DNA of 32,000 nt from Verrucomicrobiota bacterium (GTDB taxonomy: Bacteria; Verrucomicrobiota; Verrucomicrobiia; Chthoniobacterales; UBA6821): NCBI GenBank assembly GCA_008932965.1, contig WBXG01000004.1, forward strand, positions 18,768-50,767. The letters run 5' to 3'. Of this stretch, positions 9,093 through 17,520 are shown one piece after another (the stretch's first letter is position 1; every line of letters begins with the position of its first letter). Position numbers and translations under genes: made by a program. The notes under the pieces were generated by a model that did no database searches, was not told the origin of the DNA, and saw nothing but the letters and a program-made list of their open reading frames with translations.

Positions 9093-9272
9093 CCCGGATA
9101 TTTCATACTGATCGTGACGAGGAGGCCGCGAAAGCTGATGGGGCAAGGCGAGCGATGAAGTCTGACGACGGCTGTATGAGTACATACTGCCCGAGGAAGA
9201 CTTCGAGATCAACGCAGCATCCATCTGACTTTCCAGCTTATGCAGGTGATCAAGATGAAATACCTGGGTTAA
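9089..9272 (+). mobile_element. MITE-like palindromic element, copy 2 (type A), second unit of the tandem dimer; its right end forms the purD 3' end
   Basis: It starts at the shared CTAA junction. The interior is nearly identical to copy 1 (2 differences by eye over the central ~130 nt). The right arm is more diverged (GATCAAGATGAAATACCTGGGTTAA) and contains the purD stop codon. Confidence 0.9.
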
Positions 9273-10536
9273 AAGAAGCTCCTCCAATGTCCCGTCGATA
9301 TTGCTTTCCTTCAAAGTTAATCAAATCGGTAGCGGCATACGCCTTTCTACGAGCCTCTTCGAGTGTTTCTCCCAGCGCAGTCACTCCTAGGACACGTCCT
9401 CCAGCAGTGTAAAGAGTACCATCTTCCTCTTTGGCTCCTGCATGAAAGAGCACCACTTCTGGGTCAGAGGCCAAAGCCGCTTCCATTCCGTTAATCACCT
9501 TTCCTTTCTCAATGGTTCCAGGATACCCACCCGAGGCTACGACAATACAAACGGCAGGGCGTGAATCCCAGAGAGGCTTGTGCGTGGCAAGCGTTCCATC
9601 GAGTGTCGCCTCTATAAGATCGAGTAGATCGCTCTTAAGACGTCGCATGAGGACTTGAGTCTCGGGATCTCCAAAGCGACAGTTAAATTCTAGCACTTTG
9701 GGGCCTTGAGGAGTGATCATCACCCCAGGGAAAAGCATCCCTTGAAAACCAAGACCATCGGTTTCAAGCCCACGTAAAAAAGGTTTTAAGAGGATACGTT
9801 GAAGTTCTTCCAGAATGCTTTGGGGACACACTCCGGAAGGGGAGATGGTTCCCATGCCTCCGGTGTTGAGTCCTTGGTCTCCCTCAAGCGCCCGCTTGTG
9901 ATCGCGTGCATCAGGAAAAAGAAGGGCCTCTTTCCCATCTATGAGTGCGTGCAGAGAACATTCTACTCCCGTGAGGAATTCCTCAATGACAATGGTTGCT
10001 CCAGCAGCTCCAAAAATTTTCTCCTCCATCGATTGCCGCACTGCTTCACATGCCTCTTTTAAATTCTGAGCAATCACGACCCCTTTTCCAAGAGCGAGTC
10101 CATCGGCTTTCACAACGATTGGATAAGAGGCACTTCGAACATACTCGTAAGCAGAAGCAGCATCGGTGAATGTTTTTGAATCGGCTGTGGGAATTCCATG
10201 GCGTTGCATGAAATCCTTAGCAAACGATTTGGAAGATTCTAAACGTGCTCCGGAGGCCGTAGGGCCAAAAACACGAAGTCCTGCTTCTTTAAAAAGATCA
10301 ACAATACCGAGTGCCAATGGATCGTCTGGACCGACAATGGTGAGATCGATTTTTTTCTCTTTCGCAAAGGCGAGTAACCCTGCGCAATCGGAAGCTGCAA
10401 TCGGAATATTCACTCCGAGGGCCGCTGTGCCCGAATTTCCAGGAGCAGTAAAGAGACGTGTGAGCCGAGGACTCTGTTTTAATTTCCAGGCGAGGGCATG
10501 TTCTCGGCCGCCGGAGCCGATGAGAAGAATATTCAT
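9250..10536 (-). CDS. purD: Phosphoribosylamine-glycine ligase
   Basis: Canonical N-terminus MNILLIGSGGREHALAWKL from ATG 10534-10536; the track start at 10554 is an upstream TTG. ATP-grasp blocks are present throughout. The last ~6 codons (NPGISS*) lie inside element copy 2. Confidence 0.93.
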   Translation of the reverse strand: MNILLIGSGGREHALAWKLKQSPRLTRLFTAPGNSGTAALGVNIPIAASDCAGLLAFAKEKKIDLTIVGPDDPLALGIVDLFKEAGLRVFGPTASGARLESSKSFAKDFMQRHGIPTADSKTFTDAASAYEYVRSASYPIVVKADGLALGKGVVIAQNLKEACEAVRQSMEEKIFGAAGATIVIEEFLTGVECSLHALIDGKEALLFPDARDHKRALEGDQGLNTGGMGTISPSGVCPQSILEELQRILLKPFLRGLETDGLGFQGMLFPGVMITPQGPKVLEFNCRFGDPETQVLMRRLKSDLLDLIEATLDGTLATHKPLWDSRPAVCIVVASGGYPGTIEKGKVINGMEAALASDPEVVLFHAGAKEEDGTLYTAGGRVLGVTALGETLEEARRKAYAATDLINFEGKQYRRDIGGASFNPGISS

Positions 10537-10593
10537 GTTGGAAAAATTAGCCAAGAGAGATAGCCTCGTCCATCTTCAACTTGTTCCATTTCT

Positions 10594-10938
10594 ATGACCC
10601 TCTGCCTGCTTAAATCTAAAATTCACCGAGCCACAGTCACTGGTGCTTCGCTTGATTACGAAGGAAGCTTAACTATTGCTGCAGACCTCGCAGAACGTGT
10701 AGGACTCCTTCCTTATGAGAAAATCCTAGTTGGCAATATGGCTAATGGAGAGCGTTTTGAAACCTATGTCATTTATGGAAAAGTAGGGTCTGGAGTTATT
10801 GAACTTAATGGAGCTACCGCCTTGCTTGGAAAAATTGGAGATCTTCTTACCATCATGTCCTTTGCATGGATAGAGGCTGCTTCTACACATCACCCTAAGA
10901 TTATCACTCTTGGACGTAGTAATATTATTCAGTCGTAA
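10594..10938 (+). CDS. panD: Aspartate 1-decarboxylase proenzyme (pyruvoyl-dependent)
   Basis: 114-aa ORF. KSKIHRATVTGASLDYEGSLTI contains the conserved K-x-H-R and the G-S self-cleavage site. The stop TAA (10936-10938) is the first 3 nt of element copy 3. Confidence 0.9.
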   Translation: MTLCLLKSKIHRATVTGASLDYEGSLTIAADLAERVGLLPYEKILVGNMANGERFETYVIYGKVGSGVIELNGATALLGKIGDLLTIMSFAWIEAASTHHPKIITLGRSNIIQS

Positions 10939-11119
10939 CCCGGATATTTCATTCTAATCGTGACGAGGAGACCGCGAAGGCTGATGGGGTAAGGCAGAAG
11001 AGCATTTTGATGCCGGGCTGTATGTGTACATACTGTCCAAATCAAAATGTGAGTCTAACGCAGCATCCACCCTTGCTTCCCGGCCTCCGCAGTAGATTAG
11101 TGTGAAATATCCGGGTTAA
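10936..11119 (+). mobile_element. MITE-like palindromic element, copy 3 (type A with a different sub-apical stem)
   Basis: TAACCCGGATATTTCATTCTAATCGTGACGAGGAGACCGCGAAGGCTGATGGGG ... ACGCAGCATCCA ... TAGTGTGAAATATCCGGGTTAA. 184 bp. Internal stem CATTTTGAT/ATCAAAATG. Confidence 0.9.
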
Positions 11120-11143
11120 CCCGCATATTTCATTCTAATCGTG
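11116..11143 (+). repeat. Solo left terminal repeat abutting copy 3; supplies the last codons and stop of tadA
   Basis: TTAACCCGCATATTTCATTCTAATCGTG shares the TTAA with copy 3, and no matching interior or right end follows. The tadA stop (TGA, complement of 11130-11132) lies in the ATGAAATAT core. Confidence 0.8.
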
Positions 11144-11651
11144 CAGTGGTTGCTGCATTTAGATCCAAGCTATTTCGTTTTTCATTGAAGAATTTTTTGA
11201 GGAGGCGAGCGCACTCCTCCTCTCGTACTCCACTTTTAATATCGCATTTATGATTGAGGGTTGGCATTTGAAGAATATTAAGAAGCCCTCCAGCTGCACC
11301 TCCACGAGAATCACCACAGCCAAAAATCACCCGCCTCACACGTGCATTTACGGAGGCTCCTGCACACATGGGGCATGGCTCTTTAGTGACATAGAGATCA
11401 CACTCATTTAATCGCCAGTCCCCAATGACCGATGCAGCTTGAGTAATTGCTAAGATTTCTGCATGTGCTGTGGCATCTTTCAACGCCTCTACTTGATTGT
11501 GAGCACGGGCAATGATGCGATCGCAATAGACTATGACAGCTCCTACGGGGACCTCCTCCTTTTCATATGCATGTAGGGCCTGGCGCAATGCTTGCTGCAT
11601 AAAATAATCGTCACTCTTAAGGTCAATCGTCTCTGTTTGATAAAAATCCAT
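11130..11651 (-). CDS. tadA: tRNA-specific adenosine deaminase
   Basis: 173-aa ORF with cytidine/deoxycytidylate deaminase zinc motifs HAEILAI and PCPMCAGA, and the TadA-like N-terminus FMQQALRQALHAYEKEEVPVGAVIV. Confidence 0.9.
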   Translation of the reverse strand: MDFYQTETIDLKSDDYFMQQALRQALHAYEKEEVPVGAVIVYCDRIIARAHNQVEALKDATAHAEILAITQAASVIGDWRLNECDLYVTKEPCPMCAGASVNARVRRVIFGCGDSRGGAAGGLLNILQMPTLNHKCDIKSGVREEECARLLKKFFNEKRNSLDLNAATTARLE

Positions 11652-11675
11652 AAATTTAGTTTTAAAAGAAAAGTC

Positions 11676-11929
11676 TTAACCCGCATATTTCATACTGGTT
11701 CCTTGCAAGGCGCTGCGAATCCTGATGCAGAAACCACCGGCGGTCGGGAGACCACGGTGGAGACTGCCCTGAAAGGGCGAGACGAGCGGGAGCGAGCGAG
11801 TCAACGAAGGTGATGGATTGCAACGACGGCTGTATGTTTCATACTGCCCGAGGAGCAATTCGAAGCTGACGCAGCATCCATCTCACTTCCCGGCTTCCGT
11901 AGTAAATGAGTATGAAATATCCAGGTTAA
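11676..11929 (+). mobile_element. MITE-like palindromic element, copy 4 (type B, long 254-bp variant with a ~70-nt GC-rich insertion)
   Basis: Ends TTAACCCGCATATTTCATACTGG ... GAGTATGAAATATCCAGGTTAA. Core CAACGACGGCTGTATGTTTCATACTGCCCGAGGAGCAATTCGAAGCTGACGCAGCATCCA. The extra segment at 11731-11805 is absent from the other type B copy (21669). Confidence 0.9.
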
Positions 11930-12008
11930 AAGAACGACTCCTATTTTTGAACACCAATAATGTAGCTATTGTTGATATGAGAGGTCACAACAGCTACGGT
12001 ATTGCGAT

Positions 12009-13406
12009 ATGAGAGCAAAACAGATCAGCCAATATACCCTTATTTTGTTAATTATCAGTGCGATTGATAATATTAGAAATCTCCCTCAGATAGCTCTTTT
12101 TGGAACGACATTAATTTTTTTCTTTGCCCTATCAGCTCTTTTTTTCTTGATCCCTGTGGCTTTAGTTTCAGCCCAACTCTCTGCTTCCTCGCAGGAACAG
12201 GGAGGAATCTATCACTGGACCTGTATGGCCTTTGGACCAAAAATTGGTCTTATTGCTGTCTGGCTTCAATGGATTAATACACTTGTCTGGTTTCCTTCCA
12301 TTCTTTCCTTTATCGCTGCTACAGCGACCTATTTTTTTAATCCTGCATTAGCGAGTAATAAAACGTATCTCGTGAGTGTGATCCTTGTTGTTTTTTGGGG
12401 AATGACCTTTATGAACTTAGCTGGGGTTCGTCGCTCTGCATCACTAGCAACTATTTTTTCAGTCCTAGGGGCCCTGATTCCTATTGGCCTCATTATTGGC
12501 TTTGCAGTGCTGTGGGTTGTTACAGGAAGGCCTCTACAGATTCATTTTAACCTTCATAATTTACTACCTACCTTTAATCATGCTGAAAGTTTTTCTTCCT
12601 TAACGGCATTAACGGCAATCATGACCTCGTTTCTTGGAGTAGAGCTGGCAACTGTTCATATCAACGATGTTACAAACCCAGAAAAATCTTTCCCCAGAGC
12701 GCTCGGCGTGTCAGTGCTCATTATTCTAGGAACAATGACACTAGGATCACTTGGCATCGCACTAGTCTTACCTCTCGATCAAATTAATTTAGTCGATGGA
12801 GTCATGCAAATCTTCACTCTTTTTTCAAAAACATATCATTTCACAGTTCTTATTCCGGTCATTATGCTCATGATTATTTGTGGAGGATTGGGAGGTATGA
12901 TTAGTTACATTATTTCACCAGTAAAAGGAATATTACAGGTTGCGGAGAGCGGCTATCTACCTCCCTTTTTTACCTTCAAAAATCGTCATGGTGTTCCCAC
13001 TCGATTACTAATCACTCAAGCCATGATTGTTAGTTTGGTCTGTTCTGCATGGGGGCTGATGCCAAGTGTCAATGGATCCTACTGGCTACTAACAGATTTG
13101 AGCACTGAACTCTACATTCTCATGTATGTTTTTATGTTTCTGGCAGCATTAAAACTAAAAATAAAAATAATGCCGGCAGCACATCTTTTCAAAATTCCTG
13201 GTGGTATCTTCGGAACCGGAGTCATCTGTTTTTTAGGACTCGTAGGTTGTATCATCACTCTTGTTGTAGGATTTATCCCCCCAAGCAACATCGATGTTGG
13301 AAGCAACATGCATTACTTCATTATTTTTGCCTCTGGAGTGATCCTAATGATTCTTCCGGTATTTGGATTCTACGCTTACAAGAAACATCAGGATTCACGG
13401 GGATAG
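12009..13406 (+). CDS. APC-superfamily amino acid antiporter, GadC (glutamate:GABA antiporter) family, paralogue 1
   Basis: 465-aa polytopic ORF. Blocks FLIPVALVSAQLS, LGVELATVHINDVTNPEKSFPRAL, KNRHGVPT and FKIPGG...GFIPPSNI parallel E. coli GadC blocks as I recall them. It is clearly paralogous to 23533-24948. Confidence 0.85.
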   Translation: MRAKQISQYTLILLIISAIDNIRNLPQIALFGTTLIFFFALSALFFLIPVALVSAQLSASSQEQGGIYHWTCMAFGPKIGLIAVWLQWINTLVWFPSILSFIAATATYFFNPALASNKTYLVSVILVVFWGMTFMNLAGVRRSASLATIFSVLGALIPIGLIIGFAVLWVVTGRPLQIHFNLHNLLPTFNHAESFSSLTALTAIMTSFLGVELATVHINDVTNPEKSFPRALGVSVLIILGTMTLGSLGIALVLPLDQINLVDGVMQIFTLFSKTYHFTVLIPVIMLMIICGGLGGMISYIISPVKGILQVAESGYLPPFFTFKNRHGVPTRLLITQAMIVSLVCSAWGLMPSVNGSYWLLTDLSTELYILMYVFMFLAALKLKIKIMPAAHLFKIPGGIFGTGVICFLGLVGCIITLVVGFIPPSNIDVGSNMHYFIIFASGVILMILPVFGFYAYKKHQDSRG

Positions 13407-13438
13407 AAAAATTCTTGAGTTTCACCAACAGAGTGGCA

Positions 13439-14845
13439 TTACTTCCCAATTTTTCGAAGTGGTTTTCCTGAAAGCAAGTTGCTTTCAATTTTTTCTAATG
13501 AGATTCCTTTGGTCTCTGGAACAAAAAGCACAAAAAAGATAATGAATAATGCTTGAATAGCACCATACATGAGAAAGGTGTTTCCGTTTCCTAATTTGGC
13601 AAGCATTGTTAAAAATGTTCCCCCAATAATAGCATTAGAAATCCAGTTTGCCGAAGTGCTGAAGGTAATTCCAAGATCACGTCCTCCCAACGGAAAAATT
13701 TCAGAACAGATAATCCAGATGATAGGACCTGCGCTCATTGCAAATCCAATAATAAAGAGCAGCAATGCGATGATAGCATAATAGCCTAGGACAGGGGCTT
13801 GCTCGAGGTTCATATTTAAGAAAGCTCCAACTGCCAACATCGATAATCCCATCACCACAAAGCCAAAATACATCATCGGTTTACGGCCTAATTTATCGAC
13901 AAAGGCAATGGCAATAAAGGTGGCTAGCATATTAGTGATGCCAACAATAACTGTTCCCCACATCTGACCAGAGGTGCTTGCAAAACCAGCCATCTTAAAA
14001 ATACGTGGAGCATAGTACATCACAACGTTGATACCACTGAGCTGTTGAATAAATTGAAGAGAAATACCGAGAAAAATAGCACGACGAAAATTTGAATTAC
14101 TCAGAAGCAAATGAAATCCATTTTGTTTTTGTTCTAAATTTCTTTTAATTTCTGCAACCTCAGTAGCAATCTCTTCCTCTTGAAGTAACATGCTGCGAAA
14201 GACGTTTTTTCCTTTCTCTTCAAATCCTTTAAGAAAAAGCCACCGTGGACTCTCAGGAAGAATCAACATTCCTAAAAACATGAGACTAGCTGGAAGAGCT
14301 ATGACACCTAACATGATTCTCCAGTGACCACCTATTTGATGATGAATCATAGCAGTAGTTCCAAAATACATATTACTAAAATAGGCCATCATGATTCCAA
14401 TGGTGATCATGAGTTGATACATTGAAATCATACTACCACGGATACGTTGTGGAGAAATTTCCGATAAATAAAGTGGTGCTGTGAAGGAGGCAACTCCCAC
14501 TGCAATTCCAAGAAAAAAGCGAGCTCCAATAAGCTCATTGGGAGAACTACTAATAGAGCAGTAGAGCGAGCCAAGGATAAAAATCAGAGCGCTCACCAGC
14601 ATGGTTTTTTTGCGTCCAAGTTGATTGGAAAGAATTCCTGAAATCAGGGTCCCAAAAACGGCCCCCCATAAAAGTGAGCTCACGATGAATTCAAGAACGT
14701 GGTCACTCACGCTGAAATCCTTTTGAATAAATTCTAGTGCGCCGGAGATGACCCCGATATCGAGTCCAAACAGAAGTCCTGCCAGTGCTGCTGTGAATCC
14801 AATGAAATAAACAATGGAATTTGGTTTAGAATGGAGTGTTTTCAT
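13439..14845 (-). CDS. MFS sugar porter family transporter (XylE/GalP/IolT-like)
   Basis: 12-TM ORF with sugar-porter signatures GRKKTMLVSALIF, PESPRWL, PETKG and VDKLGRKP. The start was moved to ATG 14843-14845 (MKTLHS...); the track start at 14857 is TTG. Confidence 0.88.
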   Translation of the reverse strand: MKTLHSKPNSIVYFIGFTAALAGLLFGLDIGVISGALEFIQKDFSVSDHVLEFIVSSLLWGAVFGTLISGILSNQLGRKKTMLVSALIFILGSLYCSISSSPNELIGARFFLGIAVGVASFTAPLYLSEISPQRIRGSMISMYQLMITIGIMMAYFSNMYFGTTAMIHHQIGGHWRIMLGVIALPASLMFLGMLILPESPRWLFLKGFEEKGKNVFRSMLLQEEEIATEVAEIKRNLEQKQNGFHLLLSNSNFRRAIFLGISLQFIQQLSGINVVMYYAPRIFKMAGFASTSGQMWGTVIVGITNMLATFIAIAFVDKLGRKPMMYFGFVVMGLSMLAVGAFLNMNLEQAPVLGYYAIIALLLFIIGFAMSAGPIIWIICSEIFPLGGRDLGITFSTSANWISNAIIGGTFLTMLAKLGNGNTFLMYGAIQALFIIFFVLFVPETKGISLEKIESNLLSGKPLRKIGK

Positions 14846-14967
14846 ATGGCAAACCAAGCAGAAGAAGAAAAATAAGCAAGCTTTTTTTGCAATTGATAAT
14901 TATTCCATGATCAACACTAGTATTAATTAATAAATCGTCCTAGAATTGAAGCTTCCATTGGAAATTT

Positions 14968-16494
14968 ATGCAACGCGCCCTTCTCTCGGTCTCTAATAAA
15001 ACAGGTCTTATTGAATTTGCACGTGGTCTCCTCGCTCATCATGTAGAGTTGATTTCAACAGGTGGTACAGCCAAGGCATTAAAAAACGCTGGTATTGCTG
15101 TCCTAGAAATTTCTGATTTTACAGGCTTACCTGAAATGATGGAGGGTCGAGTTAAAACACTGCATCCTAAGGTTCATGGGGGCTTACTCTATCGTCGCGA
15201 TCAGCCCACTCATTGTGCAGAAGCAGAAGCACACGGTATCCTCCCGATTGATCTAGTTTGTGTGAATTTATATCCCTTTGTTGAAACAATTGCCCAAAAA
15301 GGAACAACATTAGAACAAGCTATTGAACAAATCGATATTGGGGGGCCCTCCATGATCCGGAGCGCTGCTAAAAATCATGCTTCTGTAACCGTGGTAGTCG
15401 ACCCCGAAGATTACCCACGTATTTTAGAAGCGATGGCCAACAACAATGGTTCTACCACCCCAGAATTACGTGCTCGATTAGCAACGAAAGCCTTTTCAAC
15501 AACAGCTTCCTACGACCACGCTATTAGCTCTTATCTTGATGGAGAGGTAGTACCAGCCACCTCTTTTTCTTTGAAACTCCCTCAAGTATGTCGCCTCCGG
15601 TATGGTGAGAACCCCCATCAAGAAGCAGAACTCTATGGGCATTTCTTTGACTATTTTGAAAAACTCCATGGTAAAGAACTTTCCTTTAATAATATTCTCG
15701 ATATTACGGCAGCCACCCATTTGATTGCGGAGTTTGATAAACCAACTATCGCGATTCTCAAACATACGAATCCCTGTGGTGTCGCCAGTGACCCAGATCT
15801 TTGTACAGCGTGGGAAAAAGCTTTTGCGACCGATCGCTCTGCTCCTTTTGGAGGTATTATCATCGTGAACCGACCAATCGATGAAAAATTAGCTCATGCG
15901 ATTTCAGAAATTTTCAGTGAGGTTATTATCGCACCTGAATTTCATGTAGAAGCACGCTCGTTATTACAAAAGAAAAAAAACCTTCGCCTCATGCGCCTTT
16001 TACAGAAAGCACCGCCTACAGAACGTAATCTACGATCGGTGATTGGTGGTATTCTTTTACAAGATGCCGATATCGATTCTTGGAATAAGGTAGGAACGAT
16101 GGAGCAACGTGTCGTTTCGGAGCGCCCCCCCACGCGCGATGAGCTCGAAGCAATGGAGTTTGGTTGGAAGGTAGTAAAGCACGTCAAAAGCAATGCCATC
16201 GTCTATGCTGGTCGTGATCGAACGTTAGGTATTGGAGCTGGTCAAATGTCCCGTGTTGATGCTTCACGTATCGCTGTCTGGAAGGCTGCCGAAGCAGGTC
16301 TCTCTCTCAAAGGAAGCGTCGTCTGCAGTGATGCTTTTTTCCCTTTTGCTGATGGCCTTGTTGCAGCCGCTGAGGCAGGAGCAACTGCTGCTATCCAGCC
16401 GGGGGGATCGATACGTGATCCAGAAGTTATCGCTGCTGCCAATGAGCATCGCATTGCAATGGTCCTAACTGGCATGCGTCATTTTAGGCACTAG
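14968..16494 (+). CDS. purH: Bifunctional AICAR transformylase / IMP cyclohydrolase
   Basis: 508-aa ORF with the MGS-like N-terminal domain ([21 protein letters not shown]...GGTAKAL) and an AICARFT domain ending in the conserved ...TGMRHFRH. The stop TAG (16492-16494) coincides with the TA flank plus first base of a truncated element. Confidence 0.95.
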   Translation: MQRALLSVSNKTGLIEFARGLLAHHVELISTGGTAKALKNAGIAVLEISDFTGLPEMMEGRVKTLHPKVHGGLLYRRDQPTHCAEAEAHGILPIDLVCVNLYPFVETIAQKGTTLEQAIEQIDIGGPSMIRSAAKNHASVTVVVDPEDYPRILEAMANNNGSTTPELRARLATKAFSTTASYDHAISSYLDGEVVPATSFSLKLPQVCRLRYGENPHQEAELYGHFFDYFEKLHGKELSFNNILDITAATHLIAEFDKPTIAILKHTNPCGVASDPDLCTAWEKAFATDRSAPFGGIIIVNRPIDEKLAHAISEIFSEVIIAPEFHVEARSLLQKKKNLRLMRLLQKAPPTERNLRSVIGGILLQDADIDSWNKVGTMEQRVVSERPPTRDELEAMEFGWKVVKHVKSNAIVYAGRDRTLGIGAGQMSRVDASRIAVWKAAEAGLSLKGSVVCSDAFFPFADGLVAAAEAGATAAIQPGGSIRDPEVIAAANEHRIAMVLTGMRHFRH

Positions 16495-16535
16495 CCCGAA
16501 TATTTCATACCGATCACCTTAGTAGACCGGGCAGC
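16491..16535 (-). repeat. Truncated element end (best match: right arm in reverse orientation)
   Basis: CTAGCCCGAATATTTCATACCGATC-ACCTTAGT-AGACCGGGCAGC. The GATC...AGACCGGG spacing matches the reverse complement of the copy 1 right arm (GATCTACTACGGAGACCGGG). Confidence 0.6.
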
Positions 16536-16560
16536 TAGCCCGGATATTTCACGCTTAGTC
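16535..16560 (+). repeat. Second solo terminal repeat directly abutting the first
   Basis: CTAGCCCGGATATTTCACGCTTAGTC. The first 19 nt match the left end of copy 1, after which similarity is lost. Confidence 0.6.
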
Positions 16561-16615
16561 TATGACTGCTTGTGCAAAGCTACTACCGTGAAGATTTAAA
16601 AATAATATTTACCCC

Positions 16616-17455
16616 ATGATTCTTAAATACACTCTTCTTCTAACTGCTTTCTTTCTTAGTCCCTTGGCTCTCTATGCTCAGCCACTTAAAATTGTTGCAG
16701 CAGAAAATTTTTATGGTGGTGTAGCAGAGCAGATTGCTGGCTCCTCCGCAGAGGTGACTAGTATCATGAGCAATCCGAATCAAGATCCTCATGAATCTCA
16801 ATCCAATGCTAGAACTGCCAAAAAAGTTGCTGATGCCACGATCATAATTTACAACGGTCTTGGCTACGATACCTGGATGGAAAAATTGCTAGGTGCAGAT
16901 AAAAAATCAAATCGTGTCATCATTAATGTAGCTCAACTTGTAGGGGCACAAGAGGGATCTAATCCACATCTCTGGTATGATCCAAAAACAATGCCTGCTC
17001 TTGCTGCAAAACTTGCTGCTATTCTCCATAGGCCAGAGGCTGAAGTTGCCTTTTTTGAGTCGATGCAGCCTCTGATTGAAAAAATCAAAAGATTGAAATG
17101 CATAACAGCAGGGATGAAGGTAACGGCGACGGAACCTGTCTTTGGCTATATGGCCTCAGCACTCGGATTTCAAATGCTCAACGAGGGTTACCAGCAGGCG
17201 ATCATGAATGATGCAACACCTCGTTTTCAAGAAATCGTGAACTTTGAAAAAAGCCTCACAGATCATACTGCTCAGCTTCTATTTCAAAATAGTCAAACGA
17301 TCAATCCCTCGACACTGCGCCTGATTTCAATCGCTAAACAACATCATATCCCAGTCATTAACATTACAGAAACAGAACCTCCTGGTGCTAAAAGTTACGT
17401 TGATTGGATGATGTCGCAATTAGAAGAGATCGAGTCCTCTCTTCCTGCTCATTAA
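16616..17455 (+). CDS. Metal ABC transporter substrate-binding protein (ZnuA/TroA, cluster A-I family)
   Basis: 279-aa ORF with a signal peptide (MILKYTLLLTAFFLSPLALYA) and metal-site motifs NPNQDPHE and NPHLWYDP. It is followed by the cognate ATPase and permease. Metal specificity cannot be called. Confidence 0.85.
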   Translation: MILKYTLLLTAFFLSPLALYAQPLKIVAAENFYGGVAEQIAGSSAEVTSIMSNPNQDPHESQSNARTAKKVADATIIIYNGLGYDTWMEKLLGADKKSNRVIINVAQLVGAQEGSNPHLWYDPKTMPALAAKLAAILHRPEAEVAFFESMQPLIEKIKRLKCITAGMKVTATEPVFGYMASALGFQMLNEGYQQAIMNDATPRFQEIVNFEKSLTDHTAQLLFQNSQTINPSTLRLISIAKQHHIPVINITETEPPGAKSYVDWMMSQLEEIESSLPAH

Positions 17456-17520
17456 AATAGGGAACCTCTTTCCTAAAACGACATTTCGCTTTTTTCATTG
17501 TTCCTATAACCTCTTTTGCC

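Noticed and set aside
8909-9272. Possibility that the repeats (180-bp tandem, 7-bp and 9-bp arrays) represent a CRISPR array
   Set aside because: There is no alternation of constant repeats with unique spacers. The 180-bp units are whole palindromic elements, the short arrays are pure microsatellites, and no cas genes are in the window.
8817-9412. ORFs of 165 aa (minus) and 145 aa (plus) spanning the tandem element dimer, with a 60-aa internal repeat
   Set aside because: The internal repeat only mirrors the 180-bp DNA period. Other copies of the element do not keep the frame: there is a 1-nt length difference at the apex between type A and type B, and stops occur in other copies. The conservation is therefore at nucleotide and structure level, not protein level.
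11592-12012. ORFs 11592-11813, 11676-11858 and 11818-12012, and similarly 21708-21905, which lie inside elements
   Set aside because: These are the same situation: short frames inside repeat copies that use alternative start codons. The peptide similarity between copies (for example YCPRSNS) is explained by DNA identity and breaks at indels.
16561-16615. An AT-rich stretch (TTTAAAAATAATATTTA) upstream of the metal-transporter operon, considered as a Zur/Fur-type box or promoter
   Set aside because: It is only weakly palindromic, and -35/-10 hexamers could not be placed with acceptable spacing. This is too uncertain to annotate without a position weight matrix scan.
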